A DNA stretch of 64,000 bases from positions 1 to 64,000 of the forward strand of contig VRVR01000012.1 of the NCBI GenBank assembly GCA_009859145.1. Reading direction: 5' to 3'. Of the stretch, positions 54,085 through 64,000 are shown one piece after another. The stretch comes from Andalucia godoyi And28 (lineage: Eukaryota > Protista > Jakobida). The stretch's first letter is position 1, and every line of letters starts with the position of its first letter. Under the pieces are notes generated by a model that worked only from the letters and a program-made list of their open reading frames with translations, was not told the origin of the DNA and searched no databases. A program made the translations under genes and the position numbers.

Positions 54085-54440
54085 TTGCATTTCAGCTGGT
54101 CTCCCTACCAATTTCACCAGCGATTGCTCTTCAAGGCGAGTGAGTATGGGACCATTGCTGTGCTTGTGACGGAAGAGTACACAACGAAGACGCGTGCGCG
54201 TTGGGGGTTGTAGGGGGCAGACGGCACGAAGGATGGTCAGAAAAGGCGTTTCAATGTCCATCGTGTCGCACGGAGATCGGTCGCAATTAGAAACGATACG
54301 CGCAACGTCTACTTGAAGAACACGGTGCGAATGCACGACTTGTTGAGAACTGCCCTCATTGGGAGTCACCGCTTAATCGGTCATCCTGCAACGTTGCAAA
54401 AACAGCAATATCAATTAGGACGATTGCAGTGGGGTGCAGG
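54085..54440 (+). pseudogene. 5'-truncated, decayed IS607-TnpB/Fanzor2 nuclease C-terminus plus right end
   Basis: FSWSPYQFHQRLLFKASEYGTIAVLVTEEYTTKTRARWG, then SEKAFQCPSCRTEIGRN*(+1)NDTRNVYLK, then CAGTGGGGTGCAGG resembling the family right end. Confidence 0.85.
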
Positions 54441-54915
54441 CGCAGATGCGAAAGAAAGGGGGAGCCTTCCCCACGGTGTTCGACTATCTCGCATCCGTAG
54501 TGGAACGACCACCCCTCCCCCGCGCATTTCAACCCAATGCGATCTGATCGGACAGTCGAAGTGCATGTGTGATTAGGTCGAAGTGATCATCAGGGAAAGG
54601 CGAGACGGGAGGAGAGGGACAAAGGGAAGAAAGACGTCGCATGTGGGGGGCGGGACGACGAAGAACACAGAGGGAGCAAAGGGGTCTTCTTGCTCTTCTT
54701 GCAGAGAAAGTTTATTCTTTTCCAACTTCCGTTTCCGAGAACTGCTGATCTATCATTCTGTGTTCTGATTCCTTTTTTGTGCGACACGGCCAATCGATCG
54801 TGGGAGAGACATCGCCAGCCACCAAGGAAACCACATCAAGAGGGGGGGGAAAAAAAGAAAAAAAAAGAAGACAGAAGCAAGACAAATTGGCGAGAAACGA
54901 CGAAAAGCGTAAAAA

Positions 54916-56421
54916 ATGGAATGGATCAAGAAGATGTTTGCGCACTCCCCAAAATACTCGGCGGTTTTCATGGGAATGGAAGGCGCAGGCAAAACGTCGT
55001 TGATCCACTTTCTGCGCACCGGGAAGTACTATCTCGACATCCAGTACACGGAAAAGGACAAGGGGTTTAACGTGGCGCATGCGCACCTTGGCGACTGCGA
55101 CGTGACTCTCTTTGAGATCGCAGGTCGTGCAGACTACCACTTGCGATGCAAGGGTTGGGAGCAGTTCTGCTGGAACAAGAACGTGATTGTGTTTGCGGTT
55201 GAATGCTCGAGCGACACACGCGACATGATGATTGCCGGCAAGATTATCCGGTGGCTTTCAACCCGGATGGCGTTGTCGGACATCCCGATTCTCGTGGTTG
55301 GAACTAAGAACGAGATGCGGCGCTCTCGAACACCTCGCGAGCTCTGGAGAGATCTTGGGATTGGCGGCATTCCAGCGGAGCGTCGAGACCTGGTTCTTTG
55401 CACCACGGTGAGCTGCGAGGACAACGTAGGAATGAAGGATCTGATGCAGAAGCTGCTGGACTGTGCACAAGCCTGCAAACAAGCTCGGCAAGATCGACTT
55501 CAGTCCAAGAAGAAAAAATCAAGGATCGGAAAGTGGTTGACGACGAGAAGGCTGCGGTTTTCAAAGTGGCGCAAATCGCGCAGTTCTGCGAAAAAGGACC
55601 ACAGAAGACAGCACCAACGGTCTCGCAGCGATAGTGTTGTCTCCGTGGAACAGCGACGGACATCCTCGGAATTATTTCCTGATCAGCAGCGCAACGTTGC
55701 TGTTGATGACTCCGAAGTTGCTCGGTCCCGTGACCTAGATCTTGTACATCCGTCTTCCAACACAGCCCGTGCGAGTGTGAATGACAAGCCCATTGTGGAC
55801 GTCATGACGATGAGAAGAACGATCCGCGACGACGGCGGTGATGGTGAGGGCGGTGGTGAATTAGAAGCGGATCCTAGGGCTCCCTCAAAACATGAATTGA
55901 CTCCTACTCCTACTCTCCCTCGTACTGCAACGACCATGCGCACGGGTGCACCAGTTCGGATTCGCGGCCGACCGAATCAACGAGCAGCTCCGTCAACAGC
56001 GATGTTGGAGCGCACCAAGACGGAAGTTTCCGAAGATGCCTTGCTCCCGGGCGGCTCCAGCAAGGCAGGAAACGCGCGGTCCTCAAACCTCCGACGTGCC
56101 GAAGCCCGACACACGAGCACCAACGGGATGACGATGGTGGCTGACGGAAACGGCGATTCCTGGTCTCCCGACCAGCGTACGGGTAGAAGCACGCCAGAAC
56201 GGGTCGCCGTCGTCGTCCCGCAGCACACTGGAAGGAGCACAGTGTATGACTACAGCGAAAGCGGAGATGCGCCTGTCATTCAGAGCGCCGCCGCATCCAG
56301 AGACCACGTGAGCGTCTCGCAACAAAAGAACAAGGGGGTGACGACAGCGCGCATGTCTGCAGTGCCCGTCGCAAAGAAACAGTCGTGGTTCCAGAAGCTG
56401 CGAGGATCGAATGTACATTAA
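54916..56421 (+). CDS. Divergent ARF-like GTPase with long disordered C-terminal extension
   Basis: GMEGAGKTS P-loop, GFNV switch I, EIAGR in place of DxGGQ, TKNE in place of NKxD; no Gly2. Confidence 0.8.
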   Translation: MEWIKKMFAHSPKYSAVFMGMEGAGKTSLIHFLRTGKYYLDIQYTEKDKGFNVAHAHLGDCDVTLFEIAGRADYHLRCKGWEQFCWNKNVIVFAVECSSDTRDMMIAGKIIRWLSTRMALSDIPILVVGTKNEMRRSRTPRELWRDLGIGGIPAERRDLVLCTTVSCEDNVGMKDLMQKLLDCAQACKQARQDRLQSKKKKSRIGKWLTTRRLRFSKWRKSRSSAKKDHRRQHQRSRSDSVVSVEQRRTSSELFPDQQRNVAVDDSEVARSRDLDLVHPSSNTARASVNDKPIVDVMTMRRTIRDDGGDGEGGGELEADPRAPSKHELTPTPTLPRTATTMRTGAPVRIRGRPNQRAAPSTAMLERTKTEVSEDALLPGGSSKAGNARSSNLRRAEARHTSTNGMTMVADGNGDSWSPDQRTGRSTPERVAVVVPQHTGRSTVYDYSESGDAPVIQSAAASRDHVSVSQQKNKGVTTARMSAVPVAKKQSWFQKLRGSNVH

Positions 56422-57236
56422 AAGGAAACAATGTAAAAAGGACTATTTACAGCATTCAACTGCGCATAAAGGATGAACGCACACGCACGCACACATGCAG
56501 AGCAAGAGAGACCGAACGCGCCAGAAAGAACAGCGAGGATTGGCAATATGACTGTCAACCAAAGTACCGATCAAGCACTGAAATCAGCACGTCGCGCATT
56601 GTACATTAAACATATTTTAAAAACCGAAGCGGGGGGGGAAAAATCATCAGTATGGATACGTTCCAGCGTCGAGGAATGATTTCATATGGAAGAGAGAGCA
56701 TACGTTTTCGAATGACAAACGCGCCAGCGAGCCTCGAAAATACTAGATCCGATCAAAAAGAGCATGTTAGCATTCTCCAAATACACGACACAGAGCCAGA
56801 CAGGTCGACGACACATACACGTTGCAATTAGCGAAAGCGACTGTTTCAATTCTTCCAATTCCTCGTCAAGAGCATCATGTGGAGGAGGCATCGACACCCT
56901 CGGGAGAACATGCTGCAGAGTCATGCGTCTTGGGCTGTTTTCACAATGGGAGTTCCGCACCGAATGCAGCGTTTCAGAGTCTTGAAAATCCACACTCGAA
57001 AGCTGTCCTTTTGGGTCCTTTCCAATAGCCAGTTTTGAGAGAACAGAAAGTCCGGCAGAGAGTTTCGCCTGCTTCACGATTCTCTCGCCGTTTCACAATT
57101 CGCAAAACGTGTGGGACGTGTGAAGAAGCGTGGACTCGGAAACTCGGAAAGGGGGGGGGGGAAAGAGCCGAGGACGGAATTTCGATTTGCGAATACGGTG
57201 CATTTGGTATACGTTACAGAGAGTGTGAGGTTTGGG

Positions 57237-58328
57237 ATGGCAGAGCAGCGGCTTGACTTGCTGTTGCGGTCGATCCGAGGGCAGCTGTCATGGTACCCCG
57301 GGCACATGGTAAGTGCGCAACGGGCGATGCACAGTCGTATATCAGGTTGCGATCTTGTTCTTGAGGTCCGAGACGCCCGCGCACCGTTTTCATCGTCGAA
57401 TCCGCAATTGGAGCCGTTGGTGAATCGACGCAAGCGTATCATTGTGCTGAACAAGACGGATCTTATATCGCTGTCGGATCAGGAAAAACTAAAGAAGATC
57501 TTTGCGCGTGAGCCGTTGAGATTCGGAAATGCAACGACGCAGATTACGTTTACGTCGAGTATTGAGTCGGTGCGAATGCAGACACAGACACGAAATGAGA
57601 TCTCGCGACTGGTGAAGCTGATGCAGTCGTCGGTTCCCGAACGTGAGTTTAAGACATCCCCGATGCTTGCGCTCGTTGCAGGTGTGCCGAACTGCGGCAA
57701 GTCGACACTGATCAATGCGCTGCGGGTCAAGCATATGCCGACGGAAAGGGCGACGGCTGCTGCAAAGACTGGCGCCAAGGCTGGTGTCACGAGACAAGTT
57801 TCGGCATTTAGTATCAGTGAGTCGCCTCCGATTCGCGTGTTTGACTCTCCGGGAATCTTCATGCCCACATTTGCGGACTCGGACCAGGATGCCATGCGAG
57901 CGTTTTGCCTTTCTGCCACCGGCTGCGTAAACGACGAAAGATTCGATCCCGTTCTGATTGCCGAGTTCATCCTGTGGCAACTGCTGGACAGGAGGGTTGG
58001 CGACACAGCGGCCTGTGCAGCGTTCGCCGGAGTTGATCAACTTCCTCGCAACATTCACGACGTACTCGAAGCTTGCGTTCGGAGATATGGTATCAAGAAT
58101 GATGTGTCCTTCGAAACTCCTCTTGATCGCGACCCTGTTCTTGCCAGCGTATCCGGCAACGAGCTTCTTACGTTTTCCGCGCAATCTATCAACGCCGCAG
58201 CTCGTTTGTTTATTCGGGCATATCGAGCCGGGAAATTCGGAAAGTTTTGTTTGGACGACCTTGACAAGCCACCTTGTTTGTCCGCACTGCGAGTCCACCT
58301 GAGTCGGGGCGAGGATGGACTGGACTGA
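57237..58328 (+). CDS. MTG1: Circularly permuted GTPase RbgA/YlqF/MTG1 (mitoribosome assembly)
   Basis: SWYPGHM, EVRDAR.P.SS.NP, NKTDL, GVPNCGKSTLIN, GVT, DSPG. Confidence 0.92.
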   Translation: MAEQRLDLLLRSIRGQLSWYPGHMVSAQRAMHSRISGCDLVLEVRDARAPFSSSNPQLEPLVNRRKRIIVLNKTDLISLSDQEKLKKIFAREPLRFGNATTQITFTSSIESVRMQTQTRNEISRLVKLMQSSVPEREFKTSPMLALVAGVPNCGKSTLINALRVKHMPTERATAAAKTGAKAGVTRQVSAFSISESPPIRVFDSPGIFMPTFADSDQDAMRAFCLSATGCVNDERFDPVLIAEFILWQLLDRRVGDTAACAAFAGVDQLPRNIHDVLEACVRRYGIKNDVSFETPLDRDPVLASVSGNELLTFSAQSINAAARLFIRAYRAGKFGKFCLDDLDKPPCLSALRVHLSRGEDGLD

Positions 58329-58593
58329 GACGGATGGGAGCGTCCGGAACCCAAATAAGAAAGCAGGCTGTTGATTATTTTAATTTGATACATGTACTGT
58401 CGCTTCAAACCCTTGCAAAGAGCAGCTGTTTCAGAAGACGTTTTAACAAGAGGAACAAAGACCTCGGCGCACAGCAAGAAGTGATGAGTATATGAAAACA
58501 AGAGACCGCATTGAATTTCGGGAACGGAATCGGAATCGGAATCGGATTTGTATTGGCGCCGAGAGCAAGGAGAAAGGGGGAGACGAGCAAATC

Positions 58594-60359
58594 TCACAGC
58601 ATTGCAACGTCCGCGTGAAGCAAGTCGTGGATGTGTCGGGCGTTGCCGGATAGATGGAGCCATTCTCGAAACGCTTGGGACATGACTGTCTGCATTTCTT
58701 GACGTGCAACATGTGGTGCTGGAGTTTGCTCGCAAGCCTCGAAAACAAGCTTGTGCAGCTTCCGTACTCGGTCCGTTCGTGCTTCAATGTCCTGCTCCCA
58801 TTCTCGCGGAATCGACCCAACATATCCAGTTGTACTTGGAGACGATGATCTCCGGACCTTGACGTCGAACGGAACTGTAGGGACTAAGAGCACGTTCGAT
58901 GCACCAAAAAGCGACGAAGGTGACACTGCAGGCACAATTCCAACATCATGCGCGACAAGCGCAAGAACACGGTCCCATGCGTTGATTGCAGTAGAAATCT
59001 CGGCTTCTGCCAAGTCTTCTTCGAGCGCATCGTAGAAAGATAGCAGTGGCGCAGAATAACACTGTGAATTGAACGCCATGCATACCACAGGAGATGGAGA
59101 AAGCACGAAGAACTTGCAATCGACACAGTGTTGCGCCAGCAACCCGTGGCGAGATGCAGCAGCAATCGTCACGCGCTCGCAATGCTCCAGATGAACCAAT
59201 TTTGCAGCTCCGATCACGACCGTGCAATCTGTGCATCCAAACACCAATACATGCTGCACACAATCTGGAACATACACCTCGGACTGTGTGTTGCACACAA
59301 TCCACACAGGCTTCTGGATCGAATTCGCGCCTCCGCGTCGCATGATACATTTCTTGTACTCTCCATATATGCAGAGAACGCGAGAATCCGCAAACTGCTT
59401 CCGGTGCGACTCATCGAGTGCGAGCACAGATGCATTCAAGAGTGTCGCCGTCGAGGGAGACTGGGAAGGCGACCGATTCAATGCATCTGAATTTGTAGTA
59501 TGTGCGCCATCGACAACAAACACTCGTGATGAGGAAGAGAGGGCCTCAAAAAGCGGAGGGTATTCAAATTCGTTTTGCAGCAGTCGCTTCGACATGAACG
59601 TGAAGAGATCGGAGATTTGCACGGTGGACGCCGCAGAAACCGATCCTCGCGCTCGAATAAGTCCCATGCACAACTCGGACAGACTTCTTGCAGGATGTTT
59701 GAGATCTTTTCCTCCTTTGATGATCAAATGAAGCAAATCTAGATCTGAAAGACGGACCAACCCATCGGAAACACTGAGCAGCACAAGGAAGTCCCGCAGA
59801 TGTCGCTGTACAAATACCAGCGCGGTCGAGTCCACTCCAGCTTTCGCCTGTAGCGCAACAGACCTGGAAGGCGAAAGAGGAAAACCGGAATGGTTCACCG
59901 ACCCGTTGTTCCCGTGTCCAGTGGACGAACCCTGGCCATTCACGCCCAGTGACGAGTTTTGTGGTGGCGAAAACAACGTCGAGGATGGTTTTTCCGGTCC
60001 ATGTGCAGCAGCCTCCAATGGCCATGATTCCAGGTTTCGCTGCTGTGGCTTCACGACAACGGAAGACCCGTATAACTGGAGAAACAGAAACAGGACAAAT
60101 TGGCGCGTCACTGCAACTGCGGATCGAACATCGACAAAGGAGTGGAAGGTGTTCCACAGAGCCTCTGCAGCATGCGGACTCAGTCGAAAAAAGTCCGTTC
60201 CGAAATGAAGCCATTGGTCATACGCAATGTGAAGAGGGGCGTCATGCAGGAAGCGCAGCAGCGCAGGGATATCAAAATGCGACGACTGCGTCGATAGGAT
60301 GATTCCAGAAGTGAACACCTCAATACGAGGCCAGAAATGAATCGACTCGAAACCACTCA

Positions 60360-60360
<1 letters not shown>
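58594..60360 (-). CDS. TBCCD1: TBCC domain-containing protein 1
   Basis: QFVLFLFLQLY N-terminal motif; CARP/TBCC beta-helix GCTDCTVVIGA and HCERVTIAAAS. Confidence 0.85.
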
Positions 60361-60401
<41 letters not shown>

Positions 60402-60740
60402 TGTGTCCTGTTTCCTTGCTTTGTCGCTTTCTTTGGAATGACAGGGGACGATGACGATGGGATAAACCACACAGAATGATGACAGTAGTCGTTATTTTTA
60501 AAAACGAGATTGAAACAACAAAAACATATCTGTGTGAAAATACGACGAATGAATCCTCTTTGCTTTTTGTCAGCGATTATATCTGCAAATGAAAACTGAC
60601 ACTGTACGGCATTGAAGAGGAAACGTCGTGTCTTGCACATCGCGCTCTGGAGGCCGGAGCGTTCTACAACAGTAACGGTCAAGTGCACGTCAATGCCCAT
60701 CACCGTCTCCCAAATCCAGAAGGTTCCCTCAAGGGCTTCA

Positions 60741-60860
60741 CCTACATTCTACACCGAACATGCATATATATACGAATAGACATGCATATTCAATCTTGCA
60801 TCCCGTTGCCCGGAAGGGGATAGGCCTCAACACGCCTCACGGCGCTCTTCAGATAAATGT
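60741..60860 (-). ncRNA. Putative omegaRNA scaffold of Fanzor2-like element copy 2
   Basis: UUCG-capped stem (60754-60793) retained with G-U-compatible changes on the minus strand. Confidence 0.65.
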
Positions 60861-61295
60861 CCCGCGCTCCGTCCCCAATCTCGATCAATCGGTGAGCCAC
60901 TTTCTCAGCGTGACACGTTGTTCTTGAGAAGCGTGCATTTTGATGCTGACGGTCCTAGCAGCAGGCGCTTTCGTGTCCTCAGTTGCAGCGATTGATGCAC
61001 CTGGAGATACGAGAGGAAGAGGCGGTAGGCGTAGTGACACGCGGTCTCTTAGTAGGTCTGCGGGACCTAGGAGGCCCTGTATCGAGCGGCGTAGGCGTAG
61101 GCGAGTGCGTCATCCCAGCGCACTCACGCCCATATTTGAATAAAAAGCGAAACCAATAACCAGACTGAATTTTGGCCGAGCGTGCGTAAGCACGGATTCC
61201 TGTGAAACAAAACGTGCTAGTGTCGGCCAGTATTGACCGTGTCTGTTTATGTGTGCTTCCGTGTGCATGACAATGACGTGTTATCATTCAGCGGC
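60741..61295 (-). mobile_element. Non-autonomous, internally deleted IS607-TnpB/Fanzor2-like element, copy 2
   Basis: Same junction and ends as copy 1; RTVSIKMHASQEQRVTLRKW and IDRDW(+1)DGARDIYLKSAVRRVEAYPLPGNGMQD*. Differences from copy 1 in the C-terminal frame are mostly synonymous; two extra blocks versus copy 1. Confidence 0.88.
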
Positions 61296-61515
61296 TGACA
61301 GGCTCCTCCTGCATCGGACATTTCACCGACCTCGTATTTTCCGAAAAGGGAGGGGGGGGAAAACAGCTCAAAGAAGCCCCAAGTTGGCAAACTGGTGAGT
61401 TGAACCTGTGTGTGTTTTTTAATCTTCGAGGCTGTTCAAAAAAAGGATCTGACGAGTGACGACGACTGACCTTGATCGTGATTGCGTGTTGAAACCGAAG
61501 CAAGCTGAAAAGAAA

Positions 61516-62655
61516 ATGTCTGAAGTAATTGAATGCCAAGCCGCGGTTGTGTGGGGTCCAAACACAGACTATGTGATGGAAACCGTGAAGGTCCATCCGC
61601 CGAAGAGAGGCGAAGTTCGGATCAGGATTTTGCGATCGGCGCTTTGCCACACGGATGAGTACACTCGCAGTGGAAAGGACTCTGAGGGCGTGTTCCCTGT
61701 GATTCTTGGGCACGAGGGGTTTGCGCAGGTGCTGGATGTGGGTGCGGAGGTCACCGAGTTCCAACCTGGGGATTATGTCATTCCACTGTACACCCCAGAG
61801 TGCAAGTCGTGCAAGTTCTGCAAGTCGAACAAGACCAACTTGTGTCAGGCGATCCGCGAGACGCAGGGCAAGGGCCTCCTGCCGGATGGCACATCCAGGT
61901 TTGAATGCAAGGGTAAGCAGGTGTTTCACTACATGGGAGTGTCCGCTTTTTCGCAAGTATCAGTCGTGTCTGCCTTTTCGATAGTGAAGGTGACCGCAGA
62001 TTCTGATCCAGAGACGTGTGCGCTGCTGGGATGCGGGGTCACGACTGGGTTTGGAGCGACGCAGAACAATGTGAAGGTTGAGGAAGGTGATCGTGTCGCT
62101 ATTCTGGGGCTTGGAGCAGTTGGATTGGCTGCGATTCAAGGAGCTGCCTTTTCAAAGGCAAAACAAATTATTGCGGTCGACATCAACGAAGACAAGTTTG
62201 CGCTTGCGAGAAAGTTTGGTGCTACGGACTGCGTTAATCCCTCCAAGTTGGATGCGGCGTCTCCAAACGCTCTTGCGGATGCACTGATTGGACTCTCCGA
62301 TGGCGGTCTTGACTATGTGTTCGAGTGCGTCGGCAGCGTTTCTCTTATGAAGCTTGGACTGCTGGCTTGCCACAAGGGCTGGGGGAAACTGGTTGTGATT
62401 GGGGTTGCTGCAGCTGGAACGGAGCTCTCCTTCCGGCCCTTCTTGGTGGTCACTGGCCGACACGTTCTGGGTAGCGCCTTCGGAGGTGTGAAGGGCAAGT
62501 CGCAGCTGCCACAGTACCTCGAGCTCGTCAAGCTGGGGCACATCAAGATTGCCGATCTCATCACCGGTCGATTTGGGCTCTCTCAGCTCAATGAAGCCGC
62601 CCATCTGATGCACGAAGGAAAGGCAATTCGCTCTACGTTTGACATGTCCAAGTAA
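61516..62655 (+). CDS. ADH5: Class III alcohol dehydrogenase / S-(hydroxymethyl)glutathione (GSNO) dehydrogenase
   Basis: CHTDEYTRSGKDSEGVFPVILGHEG, structural Zn site CKSCKFC...NLC, LLGCGVTTG, GLGAVG, CHKGWG. Confidence 0.96.
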   Translation: MSEVIECQAAVVWGPNTDYVMETVKVHPPKRGEVRIRILRSALCHTDEYTRSGKDSEGVFPVILGHEGFAQVLDVGAEVTEFQPGDYVIPLYTPECKSCKFCKSNKTNLCQAIRETQGKGLLPDGTSRFECKGKQVFHYMGVSAFSQVSVVSAFSIVKVTADSDPETCALLGCGVTTGFGATQNNVKVEEGDRVAILGLGAVGLAAIQGAAFSKAKQIIAVDINEDKFALARKFGATDCVNPSKLDAASPNALADALIGLSDGGLDYVFECVGSVSLMKLGLLACHKGWGKLVVIGVAAAGTELSFRPFLVVTGRHVLGSAFGGVKGKSQLPQYLELVKLGHIKIADLITGRFGLSQLNEAAHLMHEGKAIRSTFDMSK

Positions 62656-63061
62656 ACCTGGTGTTTTCTTCTCGGATCTTTCTTCCTTTCTTTTCCCCCG
62701 AAAGCAATCTCGGTTTTACCTATTTAAATATTAAGGGTGCACCCATCTCAATAAACGCAAAGAATACGGGAAAACGTTCGCGAGATATACGGATAACAGA
62801 GAGACTTTCCTCAAATAGCAATAAAAAAACAGAAGAAGTCTCCGAGTCGTTTTTGAATTCAATTGTGTGGAAGCGCGCGCCTTTACTCGTTTAATTAATT
62901 TTTTCCCTCTCCTTTCTTTCTTAGCCTTTCTGTCTCTTTTGTTCTTTCTTTCATGTTTTTAGGGTCTTTGGAGAGACCATGATACACATGCCGTGATGCA
63001 GCCTCACGAGCACAAGCACCGGTGAAATTGTCGATAGAAGAAGGAACAGGCGGATTTAGGA

Positions 63062-64000
63062 ATGTGGGGCGTGTTGGTTCGACGCGTCTCGCAGTTGGTG
63101 CGACATCTGCATCCGCCGGAACCTGACTCACGCAAGTTCTATGCAGGACGATGCATTGTCCCACAAAGGTATACAGTGTACGGAGTGTTCCTTTCCTCGG
63201 TGGGAAACACACATGGACTATCAATCGCCGCGCTCTCGAACGCGGAAGCCGTCGCCCGATTCAAGAACAGCGCTGCTCTCCGGACTGCGTTGCTCAGTTC
63301 CAACCATGATGCATGCGACTTTCCCATCTTCTTCACCGAGTTTCTGCGACAGCTTGACGAGAATGCTCTTCTCAAGTACCACGTTATCGGAAATGCGACA
63401 ATGGAAGAAGCAAGACACGGCACTGCGTGGTTGCAAGGCCAGACGATGCGTGACCCGAGCGGAGTAGTGCTGCTTTACTATTCTGGACACGGAAGGCTTT
63501 CCGACACGATGAACTTGGAATTGCGCTTTTCAGACGTGTCTGATTCGGCGATTTGTTTCAATGAACTGTTCGACACGGAATCCACGGCTACGTCCTCGCT
63601 CAGTCCCCCGCTGGTCATTCTCGATTGCTGTCACTCCGGAGCTGCCGTGGAGGATTGCCGTCGCCGAGGAATGATGTGCATGTGCTCTACTTCGGCGGAT
63701 GCAAGATCTGGTGGCTGGGTACTGGACGGAGTGGACTCGAACGGAATACTGACGAAGTTCCTCATGGACCCTGTCGGTTCGTACATCAAGGTTCGTTGGA
63801 ATGTGTTTCACGACTTTTCCGGCTCCATGTTCGATCCGTCGTCTTCCGTGGGAGTCCTGTACGGTCTTATTGTGCAGCACGTAACGGGTGTGTTGGACCG
63901 TGAACTGGATCGCAGAACACGAGGCGATCTGTTTTCTCTTCCTGCTGCGTTGCTCCGCCTGTGGATTCACTTTGCGCTTTTCTGCCGCCTTTCCAACAGC
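63062..64000 (+). CDS. Raptor-N-like / caspase-fold (C14) protein, runs off the window end
   Basis: Manually translated open frame from ATG 63062 with no stop; VLLYYSGHG (63467-63493) and LVILDCCHSG (63611-63640); GILTKFLMDP resembles Raptor LFTSCLTTP. Confidence 0.75.
   Translation, partial: MWGVLVRRVSQLVRHLHPPEPDSRKFYAGRCIVPQRYTVYGVFLSSVGNTHGLSIAALSNAEAVARFKNSAALRTALLSSNHDACDFPIFFTEFLRQLDENALLKYHVIGNATMEEARHGTAWLQGQTMRDPSGVVLLYYSGHGRLSDTMNLELRFSDVSDSAICFNELFDTESTATSSLSPPLVILDCCHSGAAVEDCRRRGMMCMCSTSADARSGGWVLDGVDSNGILTKFLMDPVGSYIKVRWNVFHDFSGSMFDPSSSVGVLYGLIVQHVTGVLDRELDRRTRGDLFSLPAALLRLWIHFALFCRLSNS

Noticed and set aside
56682-57077. 131-aa minus-strand ORF
   Set aside because: GTG start and no motifs; lies in the MTG1 upstream region.

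Overview
Gene-dense, almost intron-free eukaryotic DNA. An outer-arm dynein LC4-like gene and TBCCD1 point to a flagellate; a Discoba/jakobid-like protist is my guess only. About 35 coding genes are supported, mostly housekeeping. Main discovery: the intergenic DNA holds relics of an IS607-TnpB/Fanzor2 RNA-guided nuclease element that no long ORF reveals. Two near-identical, internally deleted copies (18994-19411 and 60741-61295, minus strand) keep the left end with a GCCG motif, the NLS-like/HTH N-terminus, the RuvC-III C-terminus and an omegaRNA-like scaffold (GCAA- and UUCG-capped hairpins). They end at a sharp boundary followed by different guide-position flanks. A third relic (54085-54440) keeps the zinc-finger/RuvC region, and a weak fourth lies at 49364-49706. 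Other highlights: one ORF fusing all four enzymes of cyclic ornithine synthesis (ArgD-ArgB-ArgC-ArgJ); a second 163-nt structured repeat family; a Raptor-N-like protein with a full metacaspase His/Cys dyad, absent from the ORF track; a frameshifted vault/SPFH-like gene; a SAP-VMP1 fusion; a minimal Mad1; a ZIP plus two COG0523 zinc cluster; and a GC-AG intron. All assignments come from motif recognition by eye, with no database searches.
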